Positions 10,680-22,865 of a stretch of DNA of 64,000 bases are shown one piece after another. The position numbers and the translations under genes were made by a program. The DNA is from Mobula hypostoma (lineage: Eukaryota). Each line of letters begins with the position of its first letter. Within the stretch, counting starts at the first letter, position 1. The DNA lies in the NCBI RefSeq assembly GCF_963921235.1, contig NC_086098.1, positions 4,526,001-4,590,000 on the forward strand, written 5' to 3'. Below the pieces are notes generated by a model that saw only the letters and a list, made by a program, of their open reading frames with translations, searched no databases and was not told the DNA's origin.

Positions 10680-13641
10680 GCAGGGGGATGGGAACTGGAA
10701 TGATAGAGCGGAGGAAGGGGAAAACAGAAATAAATCTAAGATAGTGAGCAGTAAAGATGTCAGGAAAGACAGGCAGGTGATGGGGCAAATTTGTAGCCAT
10801 TGGGATGAGTTGCAGTGAAATCAAAGCAAAAAGTATCAAATACTGGTCTTAAGGTGTTATAGTTAAATGCACGCAGCATAAGAAATAAGGTGGATGATCT
10901 TGTTGTACAGCTACAGATTGGCAGGTATGATATTGTGGCCATCACTGAGACCTGGCTAAAGGATGCATGTCTCTGGGAGCTGAACGTCCAAGGATACACG
11001 GTGTATCGGAAGGATAGGAAGGTAGGCAGAGGGGGAGGCGTGGCTTTATTGGTAAGAAATGATATTAAATCATTAGAAAGAGGTGATATAGGATTGGAAG
11101 GTGCAGAATCTTTATGGGTTGAGCTAAGAAATAGCAGGGGTAAAAGGACCCTGATGGCAGTTATTTATAGGCCTCCAAACAGCTGCAGGGATGTGGACTA
11201 CAAATTACAACTGGAAATAGAAAAGGCTTGTCAGAAGGGCAGTGTTATGATAATTGCGGGGGATTTTAACATGTGAGTAGATTGGGAAAATCAGGTCAGC
11301 ACTGGATCTCAAGAGAGAGAATTTGTAGAATGTCTATGAGATGGCTTTTTAGAACAGCTTGTTGTTGAGCCCACTAGGGGATCGGCTGTACTGGATTGGG
11401 TATTGTGTAATGAACCGGAGGTGATTGGAGAGATTGAGGTGAAGGAACCCTTAGGAGACAGTGATCATAACATGATTGGCTGCACTGTGAAATTAGAAAA
11501 AGAGAAGCCGAAATCTGATGTGTCGGTGTTTTAGTGGAGTAAAGGAAATTACAGTGGCATGAGGGAGGAACTGGCCAAAATTGACTGGAAAGGGACACTG
11601 GCAGGAAAGACAGCAGAGCAGCAGTGGCTGGAGTTTATGCGAGAAATGAGGAATGTGCAAGGCAGGTATATTCCAAAAAAGAAGAAATTTTTGAGTGGAA
11701 AAAGCATGCAACCATGGTTGACAAGAGTCAGAGCCAAAGTTAAAGCAAAGGAGAGGGCATACAAGGAAGCAAAAATTAGTGGGACGACAGAGGATTGGGA
11801 AGTTTTTAAAACCTTACAAAAGGAAACCAAGAAGGTCATTAAGAGAGAAAAGATTAACTATGAAAGGAAGCTAGCAAATAATATGAAAGAGGATACTAAA
11901 AGCTTTTTCAAGTATATAAAGAGTAAAAGACAGGTGAGAGTAGATATAGAACTGATAGAAAATGATGCTGGAGAAATCGTAATGGGAGATAAGGAGATGG
12001 CAGAGGAACTGAACGAGTATTTTGCATCAGTCTTCACTGAGGAAGACATCAGCAGTATACCGGACACTCAAGGGTGGCAGGGAAGAGAAGTGTGTGCAGT
12101 CACAATTATGACAGAGAAAGTACTCAGGAAGCTGAATAGGCTAAAGGTAGATAAATCTCCCGGACCAGATGGAATGCACCCTCGTGTTCTGAAGGAAGTA
12201 GCTGTGGAGATTGCAGAGGCATTAGCGATGATCTTTCAAAAGTCGTTAGATTCTGGCATGGTTCTGGAAGACTGGAAGATTGCAAATTTCACTCCGCTAT
12301 TTAAGAAGGGGGCAAGGAAGCAAAAAGGAAATTATAGACCTGTTAGCTTGACATTGGTGGTTGGGAAGTTGTTGGAGTTGATTGTCAAGGATGAGGTTAC
12401 AGAATACCTGGAGGCATATGACAAGATAGGCAGAACTCAGCATGGATTCCTTAAAGGAAAATCCTGCCTGACAAACCTATTACAATTTTTTGAGGAAATT
12501 ACCAGTAGGCTAGACAAGGGAGATGCAGTGGATGTTGTATATTTGGATTTTCAGAAGGCCTTTGACAAGGTGCCACACATGAGGCTACTTAACAAGATAA
12601 GAGCCCATGGAATTATGGGAAAGTTACATACGTGGATAGAGCATTGGCTGATTGTCAGGAAACAGAGCGTGGGAATAAAGGGATCCTATTCTGATTGGCT
12701 GCTGGTTACCAGTGGTGTTCCACAGGGATCAGTGTTGGGGCCGCTTCTTTTTACATTGTACATCAACGATTTGGATTATGGAATAGATGGCTTTGTGGCT
12801 AAGATTGCTGATGATATGAAGATAGGTGGAGGGGCCGGTAATGCTGAGGAAATGGAAAGTCTGCAGAGAGACTTGGATAGATTGGAAGAATGGGCAGAGA
12901 AGTGGCAAATGAAGTACAGTGTTGGAAAGTGTATGGTTATGCACTTTGGCAGAAAAAATAAATGGGCAGACTATTATTTAAATGGGGAAAGAGTTCAAAG
13001 TTGTGAGATGCAACGGGACTTGGGAGTCCTTGTACAGGATACCCTTAAAGTTATTCTCCAGGTTGAGTCAGTAGTGAAGAAGGCGAATGCAATGTTGGCA
13101 TTCATTTCTAGAGGAATAGTGTATAGGAGCAGGGATGTGATGTTGAGGCTCTATGAGGCGCTGGTGAGACCTCACTTGGAGTACTGTGGGCAGTTTTGGT
13201 CTCCTTATTTAAGAAAAGATGTGCTGACGTTGGAGAGGGTACAGAGAAGATTCACTAGAATGATTCCGGGAATGAGAGGGTTAACATATGAGGAACGTTT
13301 GTCCGCTCTTGGACTGTATTCCTTGGAGTTTAGAAGAATGAGGGGAGACCTCATAGAAACATTTCGAATGTTGAAAGGCATGGACAGAGTGGATGTGGCA
13401 AAGTTGTTTCCCATGATGGGGGAGTCTAGTACGAAAGGGCATGACTTAAGGATTAAAGGGCGCCCATTCAGAACAGAGATGCAAAGACATATTTTTAGCC
13501 AGAGTGTGGTAAATCTATAGAATTTGTTGCCACGGGCGGCAGTGGAGACCAAGTCATTGGGTGTATTTAAGGCAGAGATTGATAGGTATCTGAGTAACCA
13601 GGGCATCAAAGGTTATGGTGAGAAGGCAGGGGAGTGGGACT
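10680..13641 (+). pseudogene. CR1 ORF2 (APE endonuclease-reverse transcriptase), disrupted
   Basis: AITETWL, YRPP, GDFN endonuclease motifs; 653-aa RT piece 11559-13520 with IADD in place of FADD; several stops. Confidence 0.9.
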
Positions 13642-13746
13642 AAATGGGAGAATGGATCAGCTCATGATAAAATGGCGGAGCAGACTCGATGGGCCGAATG
13701 GCCGACTTCTGCTCCTTTGTCTTATGGTCTTATGGTCTAAATTTGG

Positions 13747-14030
13747 GAGGCACACTGGTGGAATGGTTAGCATAACGCCATTATCGTGCCAGCGTCCCAG
13801 GCTCAATTCCTGCCACTGTCCGTAAGGAGCTTTTCATTCTCCCCGTGATCACGTGGGTTTCCCTGGAGTGCTCCAGTTTCCCTCCCATAGTCCAAAGATG
13901 TACTGGTTGTTAAGTTAAGTGGTGACTGTAAATTGTCCTGTGATTGGGTTAAATTGGGGGATTGCTGAGCTGTGTGGCTCGGAGGGCTGGAAGGGCCAAG
14001 TCTGCGCTGTATATCTCAGAGAATATTAAA
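13747..14030 (+). mobile_element. V-SINE (HE1-like)
   Basis: tRNA-like head (ggtggaatggttagc...ggctcaattcc) followed by V-domain core and CR1-like tail. Confidence 0.7.
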
Positions 14031-14457
14031 TCAAACTAAATAATTTAAATACCATAGCCTTCCTATGTTATATCAATGATACCATTCTGATGGCTTGCCA
14101 TACCTCCACATCAGCCTTTTACAGATAGGGAACGAAGGTTGCCTTTCCTGTAATATATTGCAAATATTTCTAACCCATAATATTTTCATTACCTTAATTT
14201 GTTGCCATGGCAGTTCTGACTAAATCTGCAATATTATTAGGTTATGTGTTTTAAACCGCTGGGAAATCTGTTGCATTTGAACTTGCCTGGAAGTGTAAGT
14301 TTGCCAAGATTATTGTGCTCAAAGATCAACTTTATTCGCCATATACCTGTGTTAGGAATTTGGGGTGTGTTGGCAAACTACAATATTCAATAATTATAAA
14401 GAATTGTACAAAAAACAATGAAGCAGGAAATGCAAATGTTTCTCAAAAGTAATCAAT

Positions 14458-14473
14458 GCATTTTTTTTTGCAG
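14458..14473 (+). promoter_or_regulatory. Probable splice acceptor of the GPR63 coding exon
   Basis: T9-GCAG ending at 14473, 173 nt upstream of the ATG; GPR63 is known to have an intronless CDS behind a non-coding first exon. Confidence 0.65.
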
Positions 14474-14646
14474 ATTGTGAAAGTGTGGAATGCAGTAACC
14501 GTCCAGTCAATGGCTGAGGGTCACTATTTGGCTTCTGGAGGAATGGGCTATTTTAGTCCTCGTGTAACGGCCATTACTCATACTTGACCTGATGACCCAG
14601 CTACACCTTCTTCCTGTTCTGTCGGTGGTTTATCTATGGGAAAATC

Positions 14647-15885
14647 ATGGTCTATTCTCCATTCCTGACTGAGCATGCAGGAAGCTCAAACAGTACTTAT
14701 GAACATGCCTCTTTCAACTCTACAGCACGGCCCGTAATTCACAGTGAGATGGAAGTTTCTGTTACTGAAGGGTCAGTGACTTACAAAGCTTCAGAAGGGA
14801 ACTCTGTGGGAAATAGCACATCGATCCCCTCTCAGTCAGCCTACAGGGGGATGAGCCTCCCCCTGCAGGTCCTTCTCTCTGCGATTATGCTGGTGATAGC
14901 TTTAATTTCTTTCTTGGGGAACTTTATCGTCTGCCTCATGGTCTACCAGAAGGCAGCTATGCGATCAGCCATCAATATCCTCCTGGCAAATCTAGCCTTT
15001 GCAGACATGATGCTTGCAATAATGAATATGCCCTTTGCCCTGATCACAGTCAACACGACTCACTGGATCTTTGGAGATATCTTCTGCAGGGTGTCCGCCA
15101 TGTTTTTCTGGCTGTTTGTGATAGAGGGTGTAGTTATTCTGCTTATAATTAGTATTGATCGATTCCTCATTATTGTTCAGCGTCAAGACAAACTGAACCC
15201 TTACCGTGCTAAGGTTCTCATTGCTGTCTCTTGGGGAATGGCATTTTGTATGGCTTTTCCCCTTGCAGTCGGTAGTCCAGACTTGCCAGTGCCATCTCGA
15301 GCTCCGCAGTGTGTTTTCGGCTACTCTACGGACCCTGGTTATCGGGTGTACGTCCTATTAATAATAATAGTGTTTTTTTTCATCCCCTTCTTGCTGATGT
15401 TGTACTCTTTTATGGGTATCCTAAACACTGTTCGGCACAATGCAATCCGGATCCACAGCAACTCAGACAGCATTTGTTTGGGCCAAGCAAGTAAGCTAGG
15501 GCTGATGAGCCTGCAGAAACCGTGTCAGTTAACCATTGACATGAGCTTCAAAACTCGTGCCTTCACCACCATTTTGATCCTCTTCATTATTTTCACTTTG
15601 AGCTCGGCGCCATTCACCACATACAGCCTTGTCTCTACTTTCAACAAAAGTTTTTACCATAAAGTTAACTTCTTTGAAATAAGCACCTGGTTCCTTTGGT
15701 TGAGCTACCTCAAATCTGCACTTAATCCTTTAATTTACTATTGGCGAATCAAGAAGTTTCGGGATGCTTGCATGGAGTTGCTGCCTAAAACCTTTAAGTT
15801 TTTGCCTCAGCTGCCTGGACGTACCAGGAGACGGGTTCGTCCAAGTGCCATTTATGTGTGTGGTGAACATCGATCTGTAGTTTGA
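14647..15885 (+). CDS. GPR63: Orphan class A G protein-coupled receptor 63 (412 aa)
   Basis: 7TM with GN, LAFAD, DRF, NPLIY; family-specific VYQKAAMRSAINILLA, QRQDKLNPYRAK, FKTRAFTTILIL; C-terminus YVCGEHRSVV matches GPR63 rather than the paralog GPR45. Confidence 0.95.
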   Translation: MVYSPFLTEHAGSSNSTYEHASFNSTARPVIHSEMEVSVTEGSVTYKASEGNSVGNSTSIPSQSAYRGMSLPLQVLLSAIMLVIALISFLGNFIVCLMVYQKAAMRSAINILLANLAFADMMLAIMNMPFALITVNTTHWIFGDIFCRVSAMFFWLFVIEGVVILLIISIDRFLIIVQRQDKLNPYRAKVLIAVSWGMAFCMAFPLAVGSPDLPVPSRAPQCVFGYSTDPGYRVYVLLIIIVFFFIPFLLMLYSFMGILNTVRHNAIRIHSNSDSICLGQASKLGLMSLQKPCQLTIDMSFKTRAFTTILILFIIFTLSSAPFTTYSLVSTFNKSFYHKVNFFEISTWFLWLSYLKSALNPLIYYWRIKKFRDACMELLPKTFKFLPQLPGRTRRRVRPSAIYVCGEHRSVV

Positions 15886-15997
15886 TATGCATGACATGTT
15901 TTTTAAGTTTAAATAGATATAGGCACTGCCAATTCAATATTGAATAATTGTTTTGTGCGGGATATTTTCTTTTCTCCAAAATTTTCTTCCTACCTAA

Positions 15998-16503
15998 GTG
16001 AGATCTCCCCAAAATGTCCTAAGTGACATTTCTCCAAAATGTCCCATATGGGATCCCTCCAAAATGTCTCAAATGGTATCCCTCCAAAATCTCCTAAATG
16101 ATATTTCCCGAAAATGTCTCAAAAGGGATCTCTCCAAAATGTTTCAAATGGGACCTCAGAATCAGAATCAGGTTTATTATCACTGGCATGTAACGTGAAA
16201 TTTGTTAACTTAGCAGCAGCAGTTCAATGCGATACATAATCTAGCAGAGAGAGAGATCAATGACAGTATGCATGTGTTGAATAGATTTAAAACATGTGCA
16301 AAAATGGAAATACTGTATATTTTTTAAAAAGTGAGGTAGTGTCCAAAGGTTCAATGACCATCTAGGAATCAGATGGCAGAGGGGAAGAAGTTGTTCCTGA
16401 ATCGCTGAGTGAATCTCTCCAAAGTCTCAAATGGGATCTCTCCAGAATCTCCTAATTGACATTCTCCAAAATATTCCAAATAAAATTTCTCCAAAATCTC
16501 CTG
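15998..16503. repeat. Diverged ~25-bp minisatellite in the putative GPR63 3' UTR, split by a LINE 3'-end/SINE insertion (~16157-16410)
   Basis: Units like ggatctctccaaaatgtctcaaatg, about 6 before and 4 after the tcagaatcagaatcaggtttatt insertion. Confidence 0.8.
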
Positions 16504-18699
16504 TCTACCTAAATGACCCTACTATTCTTGTTCGATTGTTCTCCTCATAGGTTATTTAAATGGTGAGTCAGTGTTTCTACAACGTAAATTTGAAAACTAT
16601 TGCCTGTGCAATTTGTATACTTTTGGATTCCCCGCTGACATCAGGCGGGCTGTGCTTCAAAGCTTGTGAATTGTCGTTTGCTGCTCTGGTGGTGCTGAAG
16701 TGGTGAAAGTGTGCAATTCTGTGTTTAGTGTTCTGACCACTAAAAGAAATTAACGGTAGGAGCTAAGCACAATTGACCTCTCAGGCAAATCCGTGAGACA
16801 TAGCAACTGTAAGCCAATTGCGTGTTATTTTTGTTGGTTGTTGGATAGGGCTTGGGGAAATCTTGGGAGGCTTTTAAATTTTATTTAGTTTACTACTGTA
16901 TAATGCAGAATTGATGTTTGAAAGTGGTGGTTGTTGGAAAATTACTTTCATGCTTGTTTCCATTGTAACCCAATGAAGAGTTTTATTTTTATTTATACGG
17001 GTTGTCTTGATTAATTCCATTGATACTGTATATGATGATGCATGCAGGACACAGAGTGGTACACTCAGGGAATAATGTATTTATTACAATGAATTAGTTG
17101 GTGCTTGATTCTGAAGTTCGTTAACTTTGCTTAAGTATATTGTGGTTCGGTAAATTGCTGTAGTAACCAATGATAGTTCTCATAATACAGTCACTTGAAA
17201 GCTGCAAAAGAAGATTATGATTTAAAACGTGTTTATATATTTAGATATCGAGTGTAAACATCATCATTGTTAACCAATAGAGTACAAGATAGATTTTAAT
17301 TCAGCCGCTGATTTACCAGATTATGTTTAAAGCACCATATTTTAAAATATTTATCTGCTGTTTCAGAATGTCAACTTACTGTGGTCAGGAGGAAATGCTC
17401 TAGATTCAAGGTGGAAGCAGAATTTGTATATCTGAAGTGCCGAATGCAATCAAATTGTTCTGATATGTTTTAGTATTACTCACTGTATTACTGTGAAGTC
17501 CTGGTTGTTCCTTTTAAAACTTACGTAATTCTGTGCCTGTATATATAAGCATAAAATTTTATTCTCAGTTTTGAAAGCTGTGATATATTTGGGTTACATG
17601 ATCAGATCCTTTCTCAAAAGCAGATACCTTGACCAATCTGTTGAGTTTGAAGTAGTCTGTCTTTTGGGCACTAGTTTTCCAATTCAGAGTTAGATTTATT
17701 TATCATATGAACATTGAAACATGCAGTAAAATGCGTCTTTTACATGAGCTACCAACACTGAGGATGTGCTGGGGTCAGCCCACCAGTGTCGCCAACATAA
17801 TATGCCCACAATGCTTGTCAGAACAACAAAATGGAACCTAGCAAACAACAAAGCAAGCCGTACTCCTCCCTCCCTACGCGCGTACACAGTCCTCTAACCC
17901 CAGGATGACTGCCGGTGGGTGTATGCTGGGATGGTAAAAAAAAAACAAAGGATATTAGCAATATGGGCAGCCATACACTATGAGTACAGAGACAAAGTTC
18001 ACAACATTCCGTTGGTAATAATATCCGATGTGTTGAGAAGTTACAATTTTTATTTAGAGATACAGCTTGGTCACAGACCCTTCTGGCCCAACGAGCCCCC
18101 ACCACCCATGTGACCAATTAACCTACTAACCCGAACACCTTTGGAATGTGGGAGGAAACCAGAGAATCCGGAGGAAACTCAAGAAGTTTCCCTTCATGTT
18201 CCCTTTAAACTTTCCACCTTTTACTCTTAACCCATGACCTCTGGTTGTAGTCCCACCCAACCTCAGTGGAAAATGAGGTTGCATTTACTCTATCTATCTC
18301 CCTCATAACTTTGTATACCTCTATCAAATCTGCTGTCTGCTACATTCTAAAGAATACAGTCTTAACCTGTTTAATCTTTCCTTACAGCTCAACACTTCAG
18401 ATTAGGCTTCACCAATGTTTTATACAAGATTAGGGTTAGTAAGTCTGGGAATGCTACGGTGGCACCCGAAGTATAGCAAGTTCTTGCGGGCAGCCCCAGC
18501 ACAATCCTCGCTGATTTGATTTGACACAAATGAAACCATTTCACAGTATGTTTTGATGTACGTGTGACAAATAAAGGTAATTTTACAATTTTTATCATTA
18601 TCATTTCCCTATTGCTTCAGTCACTGATATTCCGGCGAAAGTCCTCTCCAGCTGCATCAACATCTGAGATATCATCATACCGAGATCCCCTGAAAACAA

Positions 18700-18885
18700 T
18701 TCAGGTTCTGCAGACGCTGGAAATCCAGAGTAACACACTCACAAAACGCTGGAGGAACTCTGCAGATCAGGCAGCATCTATGGTGGGGATTAAGCAGTAG
18801 CTGGTTCAGGCTGAATCCTGATGAAGGGTCTTGGCCCTGAACGTCGGCCATGTATTCTTCTCAGTAGATGCTGTTTGGCCTGCTC
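18700..18885. mobile_element. Penelope-like pLTR remnant with decayed hammerhead
   Basis: ctgcagacgctgg...ggaggaactc...gcagcatct, then ctgatgaagggtcttggccctgaacgtc, then inverted agatgctg. Confidence 0.7.
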
Positions 18886-19052
18886 AGGTTCTCATATCTC
18901 CTAATGGCATCCTCTGAACAGATCCTGCATAATCAAGGGAGAGGGGAATCAGGTTCTCATCGGGTGCTTTAAAAAGATTAACGATTTAGTTCATTGATTG
19001 CAAAGTGCCTTGGGATGTTTGAGGAATGTAATTGCACACAAATCAAATTAGT

Positions 19053-21877
19053 TAGGTTAAAAGGTATGACATTATGGCCATCACCGAGTCATGGCTAAAT
19101 GATGGATGTGATTGGGAGCTGAATATCCAAGGATACACAGTGTACAGGAAGGATAGGAAGGTAGGTAAAGGGGGTGGCGTGGCCCTGATGGTAAGTAACA
19201 ATATCAAATCAATAGAAAGAAGGGACATAGGATCAGAAGAGGTAGAATCCTTATGGGTAGAATTAAGAAATGGCAAGGGTAAAAAGACACTAATAGCAGT
19301 TATATACAGGCCTCCAAACAGCAGTCAGGATGTGGACTACAAGTTGCAGCTGGAAATAGAAAAAGCGTGTCAGAAGGACAATGTCAAGATAATTATGGGG
19401 GATTTTAATATGAAAGTGGATTGGGAAAGTCGGGAAGGTAATGGATCTCAGGAGAGGGAGTTTGTAGAATGCCTACGGGATGGCTTTTTGGAGCAACTTG
19501 TCCAGAAGCCCACCAGGGAACTGTCTGTTTTGGATTGGGTGTTGTGTAACGAACCTGAGGCAATTAGGGAGCTGGAGGTAATGGAACCCCTTGGAAGTAG
19601 TGATCATAATATGATTGAGATCAGTTTCAAATTTGAAAAGGAGAAGCTGGTATCAGGTGTATCGATATTTCAGTGGAACAGGGGAAATTACAGTGGTATG
19701 AGAGAGGAACTGGCCCAAGTCAATTGGAAAAGTAAACTAAATGGAGGGACGGCAGAGCAGAATTGGATGAAATTCCTACAAGAAATAAGGAAAATGCAGG
19801 AAAAATATATTCCAAGAAAAAAGAAAATCATGAATGGAAAAATGGCACAAATGTGGCTAACGAGAGAGGTTAAGGCAAAAATAAAAGCAAAAGAAACGGC
19901 GTACAAGGAAGCAAAAAATTAGTGGGAAAAATGAGGACTGGAAGACCTTTAAAAACTTACAGAAAGAAGCTAAGAAAGTCATTCGGGTAGAAAAGATGAA
20001 TTATGAAAGGAAGTTGGCGATTAACATAAAAAAGGATACTAAGAGTTTTTTTAAATATACGAAGAGTAAAAGAGTGACAAGGGTAGATATGGGACCGATT
20101 GAAAACGATGCTGGAGTAATTATAATGGATAACAAAGAGATGGCGGAGGAACTGAATGAGTATTTTGCATCAGTCTTCACAGTGGAAGACATGAGCAATA
20201 TACCTGATAGCCAGAGGTATCAGGGAATAGAATTAGGTACAGTCAAGATAACTAGAGAGAAAGTGCTTGGGAAGCTAAGTGGACTAAGAATAGATAAGTC
20301 TCCCGGCCCGAATGAGGTGCACCCACGGGTTCTGAAGGAGGAGGCTTTGGAGATTGTGGAAGCATTGGAAATGATCTTTCAGGAATCAATAGACTCTGGC
20401 ATGGTTCCGGAGGACTGGAAGGTCGCAAATGTAGTTCCACTATTTAAGAAAGGAAGGAGGCAGCAAAAAGAAAATTACAGACCTATTAGTCTGACATCGG
20501 TGGTTGGAAAGTTATTGGAGTCAATCCTCAAGGACGAGGTTATGAAATACCTCGAGGTGCAGGACAAGATAGGCCGAAGCCAGCATGGTTTCATGAAGGG
20601 AAGATCCTGCCTTACCAACTTACTGGAATTTTTTGAGGTAATCTCGAATAAGATTGACAAGGGAGAGGCTGTGGATGTTGTGTATTTGGATTTTCAAAAG
20701 GCCTTTGATAAGGTGCTGCATATGAGGCTGCTTAATAAGATGAGAGCCCATGGAATTATAGGAAAGATATTGAAATGGGTGAAGCATTGGCTGATAGGCA
20801 GAAAGCAAAGGGTGGGAATAAAGGGATCCTATTCTGATTGGTTGCCAGTTACTAGTGGTGTTCCGCAGGGGTCGGTGTTGGGGCCGCTTCTTTTCACAAT
20901 GTATATCGATGATTTGGATTATGGATTAATTGGTTTTGTGGCCAAGTTTGCAGATGACACCAAGATAGGTGGAGGAGCAGGAAATGTTGAAGAAGTGGAA
21001 AGGTTGCAGAGAGACTTAGTCAGTTTAGGAGAGTGGGCAAAGAAATGGCAGATGAGATACAATGTTGACAAATGTACGGTTGTACATTTCGGAAGAAGAA
21101 ATAATCGGGCAGATTATTATTTAGATGGGGAGAAAATTCAAAAATTGGAAGTGCAAAGGGACTTGGGGGTCCTCATGCAGGATACCCTAAAGGTTAACCA
21201 CCAAGTTGGATTGGCGATAAGGAACGCGAATGCTATGTTGGCATTCATTTCAGGAGAAATAGTGTATAAGAGTAAGGAGGTGTTGATGAGGCTCTATGGG
21301 GCATTAGTGAGACCTCATTTGGAATACTGTGTGCAGTTTTGGGCCACCTATCTTAGAAAGGATATACTGATGTTGGAGAGAGTTCAGAGAAGATTTACGA
21401 GGATGATTCCTGGAATGCAGGGGCTAACATATGAGGAGCATCTGTTGGCTCTTGGATTGTATTCATTAGAGTATAGAAGAATGAGAAGGGATCTCATAGA
21501 AACGTTTCGAATGTTGAAAGGGTTGGACAGAGTAGACGTGGAAAGGTTGTTTCCCTTGGTGGGTGAGTCCAGGACAAGAGGCCATAGTCTTAGAATTAGA
21601 GAGTACCCAGTTAAAACAGACATGAGAAGAAATTTTTTTAGCCAGAGGGTCGTGGATTTGTGGAATTCATTGCCACATATGGCTGTGGAGGCCCGATCAT
21701 TGAGGGTGTTTAAGGAGGAGATTGATAGGTATCTAATTAGTCAGGGTATCAAGGGATATGGGGAAAAAGCCGGAAATTGGAACTAGATGGGTGAATAGTT
21801 TAGCTCATGGGGGAGCTGCGGAGCAGACTCGATGGGCCGAATGGCCTACTTCTCCTTTGTCTTGTGATCTTGTGTCT
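19053..21877 (+). mobile_element. CR1 LINE, 5'-truncated, young
   Basis: APE ORF 19074-19922 and RT ORF 19996-21786 (FADD intact) separated by one frameshift in an A-run near 19912; 3' hairpin and tcttgtga tail. Confidence 0.95.
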
Positions 21878-22865
21878 CTTATCCATTTACTTAAGGAACT
21901 GTGACACACTATTGTTTGTCCCTCATGTTCCCCTTCATTATGTAACTCCCTGAGGAAAGAGTTTTGGTAAACTGATCTAAATGATTGAACAGAATCACCT
22001 CGAACCAATTACTGGGAAGCTCCCTAGGGTGCAAACTTCCAATCTTCCTATTTAAATAGGAGACTCTGGATATACAGTATCCCAGAGTCTTATCGGCTGA
22101 CGAGCGGTGCCAACATACTTTGTCCATTCTGGGTCTAGCCAGGGCTAGAATACTTAGTCAGAATTAAGGTTACTACCATTGATGTACAGTGTGTCATGAA
22201 ATGTGTTGTTTTCTGGTAGCAGTACAGTGTAAAACATTTAAAAATCTGGTACAGAGGGGATAATATATCACTCAAGATTATTTATTGTCATTTCCAGTAC
22301 ACAAGTGTAAAAGAGAAGAAAATAACTTTTACTCCAGATCTGATGCAGCACAAAAAATATAAAGAACATAGTAAATATAAATACAAAATATAGCTTATAT
22401 GCATTCAGTAGATGGATTGTGTGTCCATAAAGTGACGGTAGGCACAGGAGTGTCTGTACATAAGGTGACTGACTGACAGGAAGTGGTGGTTGGGTGGGTT
22501 AATGGGTCCATGGTGGATTAGCAGACCAGACTCAATAAGCCAAATAGCCTCCACTTCTGCTCCAATGCCTTATGGTCTTATAGTCACAGAGAGAGTGCAG
22601 TCAGGGAATTTTCAGGTCAAAGAATGTCATGAGAGGTGTCAGAGTCAAAATAATACTTTTTGCTCTCTTTCTGCAGAAGCCACCTGACCAGTTGAAAACA
22701 ATCTGATTCCTGGAAATATTTAACGTCATCCAAGTTGTTTTGCCCACAATAATATAGAAACTGAACTCCTGGTTGACCCCTGGGGTGGTTCATGGGCACA
22801 GGATACCAACCAGCACCCCCCAACATCATCTGAACGACCAGAGTTTGGGTAGATATCATCAGATA

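Larger units (their letters stand above)
9324..13737 (+). mobile_element. Full-length CR1 LINE (~4.4 kb) in the GPR63 upstream/intronic region
   Basis: GC-rich 5' UTR, intact ORF1, disrupted APE-RT ORF2, tail tcttatggtcttatggtc; candidate 7-bp TSD TAAATTT at 9317-9323 and 13738-13744. Confidence 0.93.

Noticed and set aside
14647..15885. GPR45 assignment
   Set aside because: Longer N-terminus and the YVCGEHRSVV C-terminus fit GPR63
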